Shown here piece after piece: positions 1 to 15,000 of a stretch of 64,000 bases of DNA. The number at the start of each line of letters is the position of its first letter. The stretch's first letter is position 1. Under the pieces are notes generated by a model. It had not been told where the DNA came from, searched no databases, and saw only the letters and a list, made by a program, of their open reading frames with translations. The stretch covers positions 30,878,001 through 30,942,000 of the forward strand of contig NC_087251.1 in assembly GCF_037042905.1 (NCBI RefSeq), read 5' to 3'. This DNA comes from Lytechinus pictus. Lineage: Eukaryota. Position numbers and translations under genes: made by a program.

Positions 1-1
1 C

Positions 2-3000
2 GAGAAATACAATACATTTAACATCCATTCTAGCGACATTGTAGATGTGCCCAAAAAAGAAGATAGTGATGAAAGCGATGTTGGTCCTCCATCTAGTTTT
101 TCTTTCAAAAGTGAGGATGAGATTGATCCTGAAGCTTACAGGAACATCCTGAACAAACTCCATGCCAACCCTGAACTCCGGGACAAAGAAGGTGCCATTC
201 AGCAGGAGATGCTGAAGATCCTCCGTGACCCTGAACTGAAGAAGAACTTACTTATCAAGGCCCATGAACCTAAAAGGGACATCTTGTCACCTTTCAGATC
301 GCAACATCCAGCACCTGGGGATGCTGTGCACATGGATCAGGCACAGGGTCACGTGGACGATAATGTTGATCTACAGAAACTGGATGCCATGCAAGATGAA
401 TCTGTGCCACTTGACGATTCAGATACAGCTATACCCCCATTAGCTACGGGACCTAATGTTGTAAAAGGAAGACCAAGTAGCCCTCTTGATAAAGATGAGG
501 AAGATATCAATTTTGTAGATCCATTAGCTCTCTTACAGGAAGACACAGAAGAACCTCCTCTGTCCATTAATGAAAAGATTGATATCGCAGAAGAGATCCT
601 GAAAACCAAGGACTTCTCAAGTGAAAACCTTCAACCACCGGTGCCGCCTGACGATCCCTATGACCCTGTCAAGCTTGCAGCCAAATTGAACACGGTCAAA
701 GGCTCAAATCCTGCTGTCTTTGGGGATCCGGCCCAAGAGGTTTTTAACGATGATCCAGCTCTGTCGGCTCTCGAGGACCAGAACGATCCAGTGGAGCAGG
801 AGAGCCAAGAACCGTCATTGAATCATTCCCATGTCACAATGCCCTCAGACACAGAACAGGTAGAAGATAAAGTAGAAACCATTGATGATGAAGAAGTTCC
901 TTCTCCACACTTAGATTCCCATCTACCACCTGGCGTGGATACCAGACCGAATGTTGAGGAACTGGCTGACAGCAGCTATGGGGAGCCTGGATTACGCACC
1001 AGCACACGGGTGAGTTTATTGAAATATCTCAGATGGGATTGGCCTATACCTGTTTCAAAGATCACGCCTCTTCATAATTACATGGGAACAGAGGTTTTTT
1101 AGCTGGGCAATTTCATGAAATAATCAACTGTTATGTATGACCAACCCTCATTTTAGTCTATTCTTACTTCACTTTGCAAATGCTCAAGCCAGGATAATTT
1201 TAGAGTATTATTACAAATGTTCATGTGAATTTAGAAAACAGAGCCAGTCCAAATTATAAAGGTTCTGCATATAGTGGGTTGGACATATGTACATATACAT
1301 TATGGAATTGCCCAACATAGTTTTTTTTTATTCATGTGTAATATGTATGTTCACTTTATGCTTTAAAATCATATATGTTACCCAGCAGCTATTCTCAGGT
1401 TTACTCTGGTTACTTTCCATAATATGTTCTTAATATTTAGATCCAGTTGATGTTTTCATTCTGCTATATTGGTGTATATATTTGGGAGCAGGGTTTCTCA
1501 GTAGCTGTCTCATTTTTCATATGTATTCATTTTATGATTTTAAATAATACTCAATGCATTATGTTACAAATTTTTACAAATTTCACGCAAATTGTCTTTT
1601 ATCATTCTTAAAATCTACAACTGTAATTTTTCTTCCAACTTTTCAACATGCTAGAATCAATTAACACTTCATATAACCCATATCGCTGAATTTTCACTTT
1701 TTATAGATATGTAAGTGTAATTTGGACACTACTTAAGTAAAATTAGAAAGGAAAATAAAAAACATGTTTCAATTTTTAACATATGTTCATGAATATCCTC
1801 TAGACTGCATAGCAAACTAGAGATAAATTAATATTCTTTAATTTGATCACCATAAGAAAAATAAATCATTCATGCATAAATAGATATGGGTTTATGGTTT
1901 ACCCTTTCATTCCTCCTGTGATTCATGGAAAGGGTTCAAATGTTCCTCTGTAATTCATTATTATTCCATCTTCCCATGAAATTGACAATCTGGGGCACTT
2001 CAGAGCTTTTGTCAGAACTATAAATCCATCAGACACTTATATACTAACTCTGTTGGAGGAGTCTGTACATTTGACTGTTCTGAATAAAAAAAATGGCAGT
2101 CGAAATTCTTTGGATCATCATTATTATCCATATAGTTAACCACCCAGCAAGAAAAGGAGTGTTAATCATGGTAGTGGGACTTGCATGGTCAAATACTAAC
2201 TTTGTTGAAGAAGTTGGTGCATTTGAATGTTCTGCAACTATCACGCTTTCTATCATCATCATATTTAATCTTCCTGGAAGATAAAGGATGTCTATCTCTG
2301 GTAGTGGGTCCTCACAATCAAGTTTGCCTTTAATCATTCACTGATTAGTTTCCCCTACAGGTTGACGAAGAAGAAACCCCAGAGGATACCGAGCATGTCG
2401 ACCATGACCATCCTTTGGATGAAGAGAATGCTGAGGATCTAGAGCATAGCAATCCTTTTGATGGAGATGATGTGGAGGAGAGACCCGAGGATGCACAGGA
2501 GAGACCTGATGATGTGCAGGAGATACCTGATGATGTGGTCCTTGATACCGGTGTCCAAGATGAGGACAATAGCCATGAAGGAGAGGGCTTCCATCACCAG
2601 ATCTACACCAGGGAGGAGAATGGGGAGCTCCAGGATGATGGGGTTACGATAGAAGAAGTACCAGAGCACCAGGAGGAACAGAATGGAACGGGTCCAGGAG
2701 GTGATTGGTTTGGGGAGATGTTGAGGAATCTGGAGCCGGCCATAGAAGAACTGAACCGCTCCATTCTCAAGCCCATGTTTGAAATGGTGAATATAAATTT
2801 GCACTAAATTTGAACTTATTCTCATTTGGGGTTTTTGTTTTGTTTCTTTTGACAAGTACACAGTTTGATTTATGTGTTATAAGTTTTAAAGATTTATAAG
2901 GCAACATGTCTGTGTTATGTGTAGGAATCGATGCCATATTTCTCATCTCATTGTGGGTCTCGCTTATTTGAAAGTAGCTAAACATGAATCATGATTGTTT

Positions 3001-6000
3001 TAACTTTGTAAAGCTCTTTCTATGTTGAGATACACTTTTACTATTTGTTCACTTGGTTATTGCTTTTAAAGAGTGCTAAAAACTAAATGTGATATAGTTT
3101 GAAGTCTCAGTTGTCATTGATAACCTACATCTGCTAAAGCCAAGGTAATTATGTTGTATTACCGTAGAGTGCTTAGACACTTCTGATTAAGTCAGTGTTA
3201 AGCACTATACGTGTACATATATAAGCAAGTATAATAATAATTATTGTTATTATGATTACATCATTATCAGTCATGTGTGTAAAGTTGCCTTTCATTTGTT
3301 CAACAGTTGCCTATTGAGTTTCAGCGTGCAATTCAACAGCCTCATTTTCTTGGTATTCCATGGATGTTCATCATCATCTTTGACGCTTCCATGTTCACTT
3401 TCTTCATGCTTATATTCTGCTTTTGGGTAAGTTTGGCTCTGTATCTTTTGAATCTTGCAATGAATTAAAAGAGTACCTTATTTTCATGAGCTCATATCTC
3501 TTTACGCACCTCTTCTCTTGGTGTGAGAGGAAACCTGACATGTAGAGGTAGGTAGGTAGCTTTTTATATATTACATAGCAGTTTAATAGCAGTCATCACA
3601 AAATGTACATTTACTTCCTATGCTTAATTGTCTTACTTAACAACTTGAAATGGGGCTTAATAAAAACATGCTCAAAATTTGTGGTCTTGCACTAATCAAG
3701 ATGAATGCAAGAATGAATAGAACACTTAAATTTTCAGCATGTCTATTCAGCTCCATATTAAGATTTGGTCATACCAAATATCTTTTCATAACAAATTGAA
3801 TGAATCAAGTATTGCAAATTTAGAAAAAAAAATGTTCATAATCTGTTACAGATAAAATTTAATCTCTCTGACTACAATTTCTTCCCCTTTTCCAAACTTA
3901 TACAGGTATGCAGTTCACGAAGAAGTAGAAGTAAGTGGTTTTCCTTTGATTGTCTTAGTGTTGTTAAGGGTTAGAATGTTATGATGGATTTTGGGTGATA
4001 ATTGAGGCTGAGGCATGTTTTATTTATTTCGTTTTTTTTTTTGGGGGGGGGGCGTGTTTGTGTTGGGTACATGCTGTCAAAGATCTTAGTGATTATCCAA
4101 TGTTACAGGTCACAATATGAAATTGGCTCCTTTTTATACGCCCGTCCTAGACAGGACGTATTATGATATCATGCTCGGTGTCCGTCTGTCTGTTCGTCTG
4201 TATGTCTGTCCGTCCGTTTACTTTTCCTTGTAAACGCGATAACTTCAGTTTGAATTAACCTAGGCTCATATAATTTGGTGTGTATGATACTAATCATACT
4301 AGCATAGGTCCCAGGAAGCCTATTGATTTTGACGTCCAAAGGTCAAGGTCACTGACATATTTTCATCTTACCCTTCTGCGGTCCTTGTGAATGCAATAAC
4401 TTCAATATAACCTAACCTAGGCTCATATAATTTGATGTGTATAATACTAGCATGGATCTTAGGAAGCCTATTGACTTTGAGGTCAGGTCAAAGGTGAAGT
4501 CGCCACCTTCTACTTTTCTTGCTTGACCAATAACTCCATTCTCCATTTTTCGTGTTATAGGCGGGCGTATTATGTGCTCGCCTTAGTGACACTCTTGTTG
4601 CAATATTTGAACATTTATTTCTGAGATTCATCTAAAAAACTTCACCCATTAGTTATGTTATGGTAGGAAGTGTGGGGACAATCGGTTCTGCTTTGAGGTG
4701 GGTGTTTCATAAAGCTGTTAGTAAGTTAAGAGCGACTTTAAGAACGACCGGTGAACCTTTCTAACGCGCTAAATAATCACCAATGAGATTAATGATGAAT
4801 AATATTTACCACAAGAAAGGATCACCAGTATTTCTTAAAGTCACTCTTAACTTATGAACAGCTTTATGAAACAGCCACCGGGAATAAATATCATTGACAA
4901 TAGTACTTTGGAATATGTCCTAAAGGGTGTATTGTTTGAATATGCTTTATTAAAAAGATTTTGACTGTCAAATATTTTTTTTAAATCAAACTCTTTATCC
5001 GTGTGATGATCAAGACATCATCATCATCACATAAGCATTCTGTCTGTATTGCCTACTGTTAGTTATCCAGGAGAGACTAAGTCGTGAAGTTGATGTACTC
5101 ATCGCTCAGAAGGCTGAAGTCATGGATGCACTTGATATGACCAACACTCAGTTCCAGAAACAGAACCTAGAATACTTTGAGCTGAAGACCTCGACTGAAC
5201 GTACCGGCAGTGACAAGTCAAAGTTAGAGGTATTTATAGCAATGATATGTAGTTTGCTTTTGCTGTGATATACATAAATGTGATATACAAAAACTTGTAC
5301 GTATGTATGACCACCTATATATTGGATCTTTCTGAAACAATGTGTTTCTTATTGTCATAGTTCATATGAAAATTGGTAACATTTAAATTATCAAGGCTTG
5401 AGCACTTTGTGAAGTGAGGTAAGATTGGAGAAATGTATGGGTTTTATATACACAAAAGATCAATTATTTTAAGGAATTACCTAGAACGAAATTTCGCTTC
5501 AAGAAATGAATACACTCATAATTCTCTTAACGAAATTTGATCACAATCATACAAAATAAAAGTACCAGTAATAACAGAAAGAACAGATGAAAATCCCCGA
5601 TTTCTTGTAGTAATGTTCATTGATGTCATTGACTGCTTGTATGGGTTTGTTAAGTGGTTCAAAGATGATAATAAAATGGTTTAGATTTCAAGTTGTTATT
5701 TAAATGTGACTTTTTACTTTCCTATATTCTAATTTAATGGCATATAATTCATAAATACACATGATTTTTCTTTACAGACAAAATACAAGGAAATAACTCA
5801 CACCTCTAAAGAGCAGCAGAAAGAGATAGAACAGATAAAAGCAACTATTAAAAAGAAGACATCAGAGCATGAGTCTAGTCAACAGAAGGTACAACATTGT
5901 TCTCAGATACTTTGCAATAATTCTGAACTTTCAAGTTCTTCTCATTTTGTTTAAGAAGATGAAAATAATTTACAAATAAGTTTTATAAGAATCTTTTATA

Positions 6001-9000
6001 GGTATGTAGGAATACGGCTCAAATATAAATGCCAGTTTGGTAACAATCTAAAAATGTGCCAAGTACATGATTCCAGGAGTAAATGGGCAATTGCTGAGAA
6101 ATAAGCATGCTGTTCCATCCAAATATCTGGGTCTTTTTGTGAGCAATAATAATGGTACACTTTCCTACATGTGCTTATGTGTGTCATTGTGGTCATTTTC
6201 ACCTGAATTTTATTATTTTATGAAGTTATGTTTATGTAAATAAATCAGACCTAGAGCCACCATGGTATGCTGACAATTAACCTTGATTTTAAAGACTTTC
6301 TACAGGTACGTAGTTTTAAGGAACTGTTCAGTTATCATCCACTTGAAAATGTTATTAGGTGATTAAGTGGATTCAAATAATTTTTGAAAATTTGTTAGAG
6401 GTTTGGTAGTCTCTAGTCACCCCTATTGCTTTTGACCATCATAAACTTGATTTTGAAAAATGTTTTGAAAGTTGGCATCGATTTATTGCATGTGGAAGTA
6501 ATCCCTTGTGTTTTTATATTGCAGATTAAATCATTAGAACAGCAAGTAAAGAAATCACAGAAAACCATTTCAGATTTGAATGGTCAGGTGAATGATGTAA
6601 GTTGCATATAGTGATATAATACCCACCCCTCCCTTTTTTTCTGACTGATATTATCCTGTTGATTGAACATAAAAACCAAAAGTGTATTCAGGTGCCCATA
6701 ACACAAAACTTGATGATTATTCATAGAGTTGATTTTTGTCATGTAATTAATCATAACAATTCATGATCATTTGCTAAGCTTAGTGTTGTAGACCCCAAGA
6801 ATTCTGTTTCATGGTAATTTGCATTTATCTCATATAATAAGACACATCAGTGCATATACTATTGTAAATTTGAAATGAGAATCTACACCAATGTTGAAAG
6901 TGTGTTATGTTTTGAAAAGATTCAAGTGAATGAGTTATTTTCATACTTTTTCCAAATAATACCATTTGGTATCTGTAGTTTTAAAGCTTGTTGCTTTGAT
7001 TTGTATAAACCTCAAACATGATGTGAATTCTTACATGGTAGTGCATTAAAGTTGTATTTAATTAGACCTGTAAATGAATCTGGATATGTTCTGATCTCAC
7101 TTCACAGCTGCAAGGAAAGGTGTATGCTGGTGAGGAAGAATGTTCTCATCTTGAGCACAATATTGGTACATTAGAAGAACAGAAACAACAACTTGATACC
7201 AGCAAAGAAATGGTGAGGATACCAGTCTTTCATGTAACCTTTTATTACATGATACTTTTGAAGAAAAAAAAATGACATACCTCTCATACTTTCATCACTA
7301 TCCTGTTTTTCTGCATTTATTAAACTGCATGTGTAAGATCTTTTCCCTTCGAAATTTTCTGCTACAAATGGGAGGGTTCTACTCCAAATGTCATTTGTGA
7401 ATGTATAAGGGCTTTGAATAATGATAAGTCTATTTATATAGTGGGCACGTCGTGGTCTAGTGGTTCTGACTCTCGCCTTTCAAATAGAGGTTCATAGGTT
7501 AGAATCCTAGCCATGGCGAGTTTTCCTTCAGCAAAGAATTTATCCACACTGTGCTGCACTCGACCCAGGTGAGGTGAGTGGGTACCTGGCAGGATTGATT
7601 CCTTGAATGTACGAGCGCTGAAAGGCAGCTCGAGCTAAAGCCGGGGTAATAATATTAATAATAATAATGCGCCTTGGAATAGATTGTTTCTATATGGCGC
7701 TATACAAATGCCTATTAGTATTTTAGTGCAGCTGATCTAAGAATAAACTTGGCTGTATTTATGTATCATATTCAGCAGAGCTGTCATATGGTTTATACAT
7801 CCCTTACATTCAAATGGTATGTAGAAAAACCGTACAAACTTCTTTTAATGAATTCATGGTTATCTTTTCTCTTGACAGCTTGAAGATGAAATTAAAGGAT
7901 GGAATGAAAGGTGAGTTAAACCATTTTTGTTGTTGTTGGTTGAATTGAGTTTAGATTTTCCAAGAGATAAAGATTTCTTTCTTCAAAATTCCATATGCAA
8001 TGCCAGCAACTACTCGGATGAAAGAATATTAATTTGATTCACTTTGCTATGAAATTGATTAACTTTAGTAAGATGCATGGTATAGATGATAATCAATATG
8101 TGTACCATATTTAAATAACAGAGATATGACTATAAAAAAGTTTTGCTAAATGATTACCATCTGTTTTCTAGACATTGTCATGACACATTGGATATAGATA
8201 TGTGTGATAGTTTAACAGTATTATGGTATGGTATTATTATTTATTATTGATTTTATATACTTGCAGAGTCTCTGAACTTTCAGAACAGATTAAATTGATT
8301 ACAACAGAGAAGAAAGATATGGAGGAATCATTAACATACAAAGACAATGAAATAGAGGTAAGTTTGGGAAATTTGCAAAGAAAGAAAATCATGCTAGAAT
8401 GGTCTCTGAAAAATCAATATTGTAGTTGCTTATAGTTCACAGCCTTTTAGTATATGATAAAACACAATTACTATTGGAATACATGTGGGACAAAATGGAG
8501 TCATTAATTGTCTCCAGAGCTCTTTTACTGGCATCTTAATTAGATAATTTGATGTAATTGTCATAGAAATAGTTGTGAGAGAAAGTTTATATATTTATGA
8601 TACTTAGTTAGTCTTGTTTGTTGTAATCTAATGGATTAAGTGAGATGGAAGTAATGCAATGCAAATCAATATCACAATTTTCTGTTTAATTCTAGTCTCT
8701 TTATATGATATATTGCAATACATAATAAATGAATCTTATATTTGATACAGATATTGAAACACATCATGAATAAATGTTTTATTTATGATACAGGTATTAA
8801 AAGACTGTCTACTACAACTCAAAGGATTGGAACATATACAAAAAGAAGGACCAGGTATGAGGGCTATGTATTTTGTAGTAATTTGAAGATTACATTCCTA
8901 TCTAACCCCAATGAACAAACAAACAAACAAAAATAAACAGAAGAATTATGAAATAGAATAGCAACTGATGTTATACTTATCTTTTTATTTGGAGTTGTAT

Positions 9001-12000
9001 TCATTTTGTAATATTTTATATCACTTTTTATCCGTTGTCCATTCGAATCTTATTGATGCATGCTGATAATGGATGAAGGTTTACAAAAATACTTTTCACT
9101 TTGGAGATAGTAAATGATTTCAATTTTGCCTAAAACATGGTGATTTGGTTGTGTTTTTTACTTGATTGCTCAGAAAGCCTGAATGCTTGGAATATCTTCT
9201 ACCTATGAACAAATTTATCAATCCTTTAACATTGATATAACTGTCTTGTGTTCTTTGCTTTTGCAGAGGTTGACTCGGAATCTAGAATACAACAGCTTAT
9301 GGATGTTACAAGAGTAAGAAAACTTTCTATTATAAAACTAATATTTACGATTTTTTATTCTTACATTGTGTAGAATCGCTTTACTTGATTTGAAAAATAG
9401 TCTACTTTCAGTGATGAAATCATTTTTGGTGTGTGTGTGTGTGTACGTAACCAGGCATTTGTTTTGCCTAACCCCTAAAATTTACCTATGACACGTGATG
9501 AGCAGATATAAGTGAATCATATAATGCCTGGGCCCCGTTGCATAAAAGTTGCAATTTATCTTTGCCATCCAGCGGTAACTTCCATGGTAACGATGCTCAT
9601 CAGCCAATCAGAATCAAGGACTCTATGCAAGTTACTATTCGATGGAAAAGTTACAAAACTTTCTGAATCAGGGCCCTGGTCTTGGTTCTGTGATGAGGAT
9701 GATTTATTAAAAAAACGTATCTACACCTCTCTCTTATAAAAACAAATAATATGCATAATCTACCTGAGTTACCATTGAAACAATCCAAACACTCTCGACT
9801 TCCAATGGTTCATTTTGTGCATAGTTATTACTACCAATGCCCTCACCAACTTATCATTAATTCCTTTGTAACAGGTGAATGCTAAGCTATCTCTGATTCA
9901 GAAGGAGCGTGATGAGATACAACAGAAATTAGATGATGAGGTGAAGTGTGGACGAGATCTGGAATCTAAGGTAGGAATGCTACATCACGAGATTGACGCA
10001 CTGCGTATGGAACATTCCAAGGCTCAGAGTAACCTAGGTGAAACTAAGACGAAGATGGAGGTTCTCCAGGAGTACTTCAAGGGAAAGGAAGTCGAACTAC
10101 AAAGGTAAGAAATATTTCTTGTACTCTTTCATATTTCATTTTCCCTGTTTAAACTATGTCAAACAAATGAAGGTATAGTTAAATCAAAACAGTGCAATTT
10201 TTACAAAGTTATATATCCAACACCATATGATTTAATAGGTTATATTTCAAATTACCAGTTTCAAAGTTAGAAAAAAAAAATCTTATGGTAAATGTATTTT
10301 TTTCTTTACATTGTTACTGTGTGATATACTTAGAATTCATTAAAATCTTAATAAATTTTGAATCTTCATGAGATTCATAAACTTGAGTAAATGATGTCTA
10401 AAATTGGAAATATGACAAATAAGGATTTACATAGAAATACATGCAATTCTATCCTTTATCAGCATTTTTTTTTAAAGGAGACAGACATCACCTGTCACTG
10501 CAAATTTAGATGTTTATGCTTTTACAATTTTTGCTTTCATCTTATATGATATTTTAGAAAGATGAATAATGACTCAATAATAAACTAGTACAGTGTATTA
10601 ATGCCCAAAATTGGTTGCATCATTTTTCATTTCAATGGGTTTCTATCTATTGTACCAGGATAATCATTTCTTTAGAATACATGTATTTCACTGTTAATTT
10701 ACATTTCTGTTCATTTTTTTTCCATAGGAAACTTGGAAGAGAGGAAGCCTTGAAACTACAAAGTGAAGAACAGCTCACATCACTAAGTGAAAAGGCAATA
10801 AATGCTGAAGTAGATTTGAATAATTACAGGTAAAGTGCTCTTATCAAAACGCAATAAAATTATAATAATTTTGATTATTGGGCAATTCCATAAAATAATG
10901 AACCATTGGCCCTATTCTTTTATTTTAATTTCATAACTATAGCCATGATAGTTTTGGAGCATTTCAACATTCCATATGAACTAGAAAATGGGGACATATC
11001 ATTTCAGGAAAGACTCGCACATACGGGGATGGTTGTACATTTTATTGAATCACCCAATAATGGAAGTAATGATAATGCAATTTCTGAAGTGCTTGCATCC
11101 ACTCTGCATTGTGTCCAAGGGGCCATTGTTGTTGTTACCCTGGTTGAAGCCTAGCTGCTTTCCCAGTAAAAAAAGCACTTCAAGGAATAAATATTCCTGC
11201 CAGGTACCCTTCACTTCACCTGGGTCGCGTGCAGCTCAATTTGCTTAAATTTGTTGCTCAAGAAGACAATGTTATGTCTGGGATTCAAACCAACGGACCT
11301 CGAAAGTGTACTGAAAACAAAAATAAGTTTAACAACTATTCACTGAATAAAGCAAAAGTTTAACAATTGAAAAGCAGTCAGACAGATTCATAATAACATA
11401 ATACATAAAGACATTATCTTAGATCCCGTTTCTATTCCAGGCATGAGACCAAACATGAATATTTGTAATAATTCAAGCTCTCCTAACATGACTGCTGGAA
11501 ACAAATGTGAATGAAAGTATTTACTTTGTTTTATATGTTTGTGTGTTTTTAATTGAGGCAGTTCTTTCAATGAAAAAATCTTTTCAGGTATGAAAACACG
11601 TTTATGGATTATTTTACAATCTTTATCACTCTTTTCTTTGCCTTATTTTTCAGACAACAAATTGCAGATCTGAAATCAGAATTGGAGAAATCTGAAAGAA
11701 ATTATAAAACTCAGGTAAGGTTTATGGAAGTTCAGTTATGGAATTGGGTTACATGTGTGGGTGATTATCTTATAATTTGTTCCACTTTGGAATATTGTGA
11801 TCTGCAATCATTTTATCATATATTGCTTGATGTGGTGTATCAGTAATGTATAGTTCATGTTTCAGTCTTTATTTTGTCTTTCCAGATTGCTGCACATGAA
11901 AAGAAGACACATGAACACTGGGTAAGTGAAGAAATCCAACCAGATTGCTTTATTTCATTTTCTTCAATATACCCCCACATGTCTCCAAGTTGAATCTATA

Positions 12001-15000
12001 TTTGAGTTAATAACCCTTATATTTTATTTATTGTAATATGCAATTCCCTTATTCCTCTTTAACATTGATGTCACATGTCTATTATTTGTAATGATCTTAA
12101 CCCTTTGATATTTTATTATTATAATTGTAGACATACATTAATAACCAATTGTCAATGTTTCACTCGATTTTCTATATATTTCCTATAATGCCATAATTGA
12201 TTCATTGCTATCATTTCAGTGGGGTTTTTTATCAGTGAATAAATTATACAATTAGTATTTTTATAATTAGTAACTGTTCCCTTTTGATAACTTAAATATT
12301 TCAGTTGTATTCATTTAAGTAAAAAAAATGTTTATTTATGTTACCAAGCATTGTTATCTTTGACTCAGATTTTGACTTTATTTTCATGTATGATATGATG
12401 ATTTTTGTTGTTCTTTGTTTTCATCACGTCATTGATGAAAAACAGTTTTATGCTGATCTTTTGTACCTGAATAAATATGTTCTAATAAATAAATAGATAA
12501 ATAAATATTTCATTTATTTCTTTAATAGATATAAGTGTTTACTGTTTTAGAATGAATAAGGAATATTTTTTAAAGCTGTGGCAGATCCAGGTAGGGGCAC
12601 ATTCGGTCCGTGCCCCCCCCCCCCCTTTGAGAGGCACAAAAAAAATTGAGGGAAATATGCCATGCGTACGAAATTTTTTTTTTGCTTCCCTCCCCCTTCC
12701 TTTGGAAAATCCTGGATCCGCCCCTGCTTTTAAGAATAGACAATTTCTTGGTGTTAGTAGATGAATTATGAGTAATGGAAAATGCAATATTCTTGTTAAT
12801 GTTATTGCTCTCATTTCCTCCATGACATACAAGTTGTCTTCAAGAACGGCAGAAAGAGAGCTCCAGGAGGCAAAGAGGGAAGCTGCTTCATTAAGACACA
12901 GGTAGGGATAGATCTTTCCATTTTATACTTTCAAGTCATTTCTTTTGAGAATTTTCATGATGGATACAGCACTCATTGGCCCGTATTCTCAACAGAGGTT
13001 TCAATTGTACCATGGTACAAAACCATGAACTATGCAGGTATTGTGTATATATGATTACACTTATTTCATAGCGTACACTAAGATAAGTCTAATTATAAAT
13101 GCAGGCCTGCCAACTACTCCTTTTTTTCCAGGAGTTACCCGTTTTATCAACCAAAAAGAGAAACACTCTGTTTTTCCAATTATTTCAGATAAAAAATAAA
13201 TCAGCCCATATACGTATTTGTGTGGTGGAGTATGCAGACATGCCAACTGTTCCCTTTTTAGAGTGTTTGTTCCTCTTTTTTGCTATGTATACGCCAATAC
13301 TTTTTTTTGTATGATTTGTTACTTTTTTTTAAATTTCCGATCATGGAGTATGTGTTATTTGTTAAATGTCTGTAGATTAACAGAACTAGAAGGAAGGCGA
13401 GCTACATCTGAGAATGCTCCTCTCGTCAAACCTCAGGCTGCAGCACCATCACCAATGAGTGAGTACCTTCATCATAAACAGAAATATCATGTCATGAAAG
13501 CCAGCAAGGCAATCTAAGCAAATTCATTGAAAGATGACAAAGTTTGTGAAGTGAAACATTAGATAATGAAATGCTATAATTTTGCTTAGGTACCGAGACT
13601 GATCTATGGAATGAAAAAGCTGTGATCTTCACTAAAGTATCCAACTGAATGAAGGAATATAGTAATACCATGTAATTTCAATTTACATGAATTTGTTGTG
13701 ACATAATAGATTTGGACATCATGTAATTTGTGCCCTTTATTAGATTAAAAAGAGAGGATTGTAACATGCTATATTTGGTTATTTTTATATTTTTCCAAAC
13801 AGGAGTAGTGTCTCCATCATATGGACCAGGGTGAGTATCTATAGTATGTATGATAAAACCGATCACATTAAAAATAGAAATAATAAATACCGACTGTTTA
13901 AACTTATCCCCCCTCCACTGACACTTGGTGTTTTGCATGCACTAGCATATGCTAAATTATGAGTGAATTAATATCATCACTGGATGAAATTATTAGATTG
14001 ATCATCTGTTTAACAACCCAAGCTGGTGTCATTTGTTTGTTTGATATGTTCTTCAATTCAAATTACGTATAATATGCATTTCTCATATAAAATATTTTGT
14101 TGTATAATTCTTGCATATTCTAATAATCAACACTTTTTATGGTCAGAAAGTAATTATTTCCTTGCATTTAAACTTTATTCTGCTTCTTCCCTTACAACAC
14201 AGTGACCGAGGCAGCAAAATGTCCAGGAGAGGTGTGTATGTATTCCCTTTATCATCTATATCAGTGGATCTTGTTAAACATTTTGAATTCAAAAATTTTG
14301 GGGGATGGAATATGAATTGTGTTTGTAACTTATGTACAGTAAACTCTGACTGTAACAAATGACAAGAAATAGTAGTTGATATATTTCAGTTTAATTGTAT
14401 TCAAGAACGGTTGCTGGGCTTGCAACCAAGCATCTATGGATTGGGTGTGTATTGAATCTGTCTATAGAGGAAATGACTGCTACCATGCACTGTTCCAATG
14501 GTTATGTGTCTAAGAAAGAAAAATCAAGGAAATTACTGATTTTGCATTTATTTGCTGTCAGGTTAAGTGTATTTATTACAACACCATTAGTTTGATATGA
14601 TGTATTGTAAAAAAGTATTTTTAAGTTTATTTGATGATCAACTCTTATATATTGTTTGCTATGTATCTGTATGCACAGGTCCAAGCAGGAACAGTATGAT
14701 AGAAGCAGATGCACCATCGCCACCATTGATTGACCCTCGCCATAGAGGTTCACCAGGGTCCAGGCCCAGGATGTCCCCACCCATGATGGATCGAGACATG
14801 CCACCACCCCACCCTGATGACTACCTGCCACCCCCAATGCATCGGGATATGGGCCCCTCCCCTTACAGAGAAGTCTTGCCACACCACCCAGACTTTGGTC
14901 CACCCGGCCCGGGACCTTACAACGATTCCTACGGTCCACCTCCGCCTCATGGACCCCCTCCACATGGTGGTTTCTCTCCAGAGTTTGGACCCCATCCTGA

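Noticed and set aside
2093..2284. Alternative first exon of a short TANGO1 isoform (hydrophobic MAVEILWIIIII)
   Set aside because: No convincing in-frame donor before its stop codon. Cannot be supported without transcripts.
10906..11300. Intronic ORFs conserved in both gene copies
   Set aside because: They overlap a decayed antisense SINE, and their conservation just reflects the duplication.
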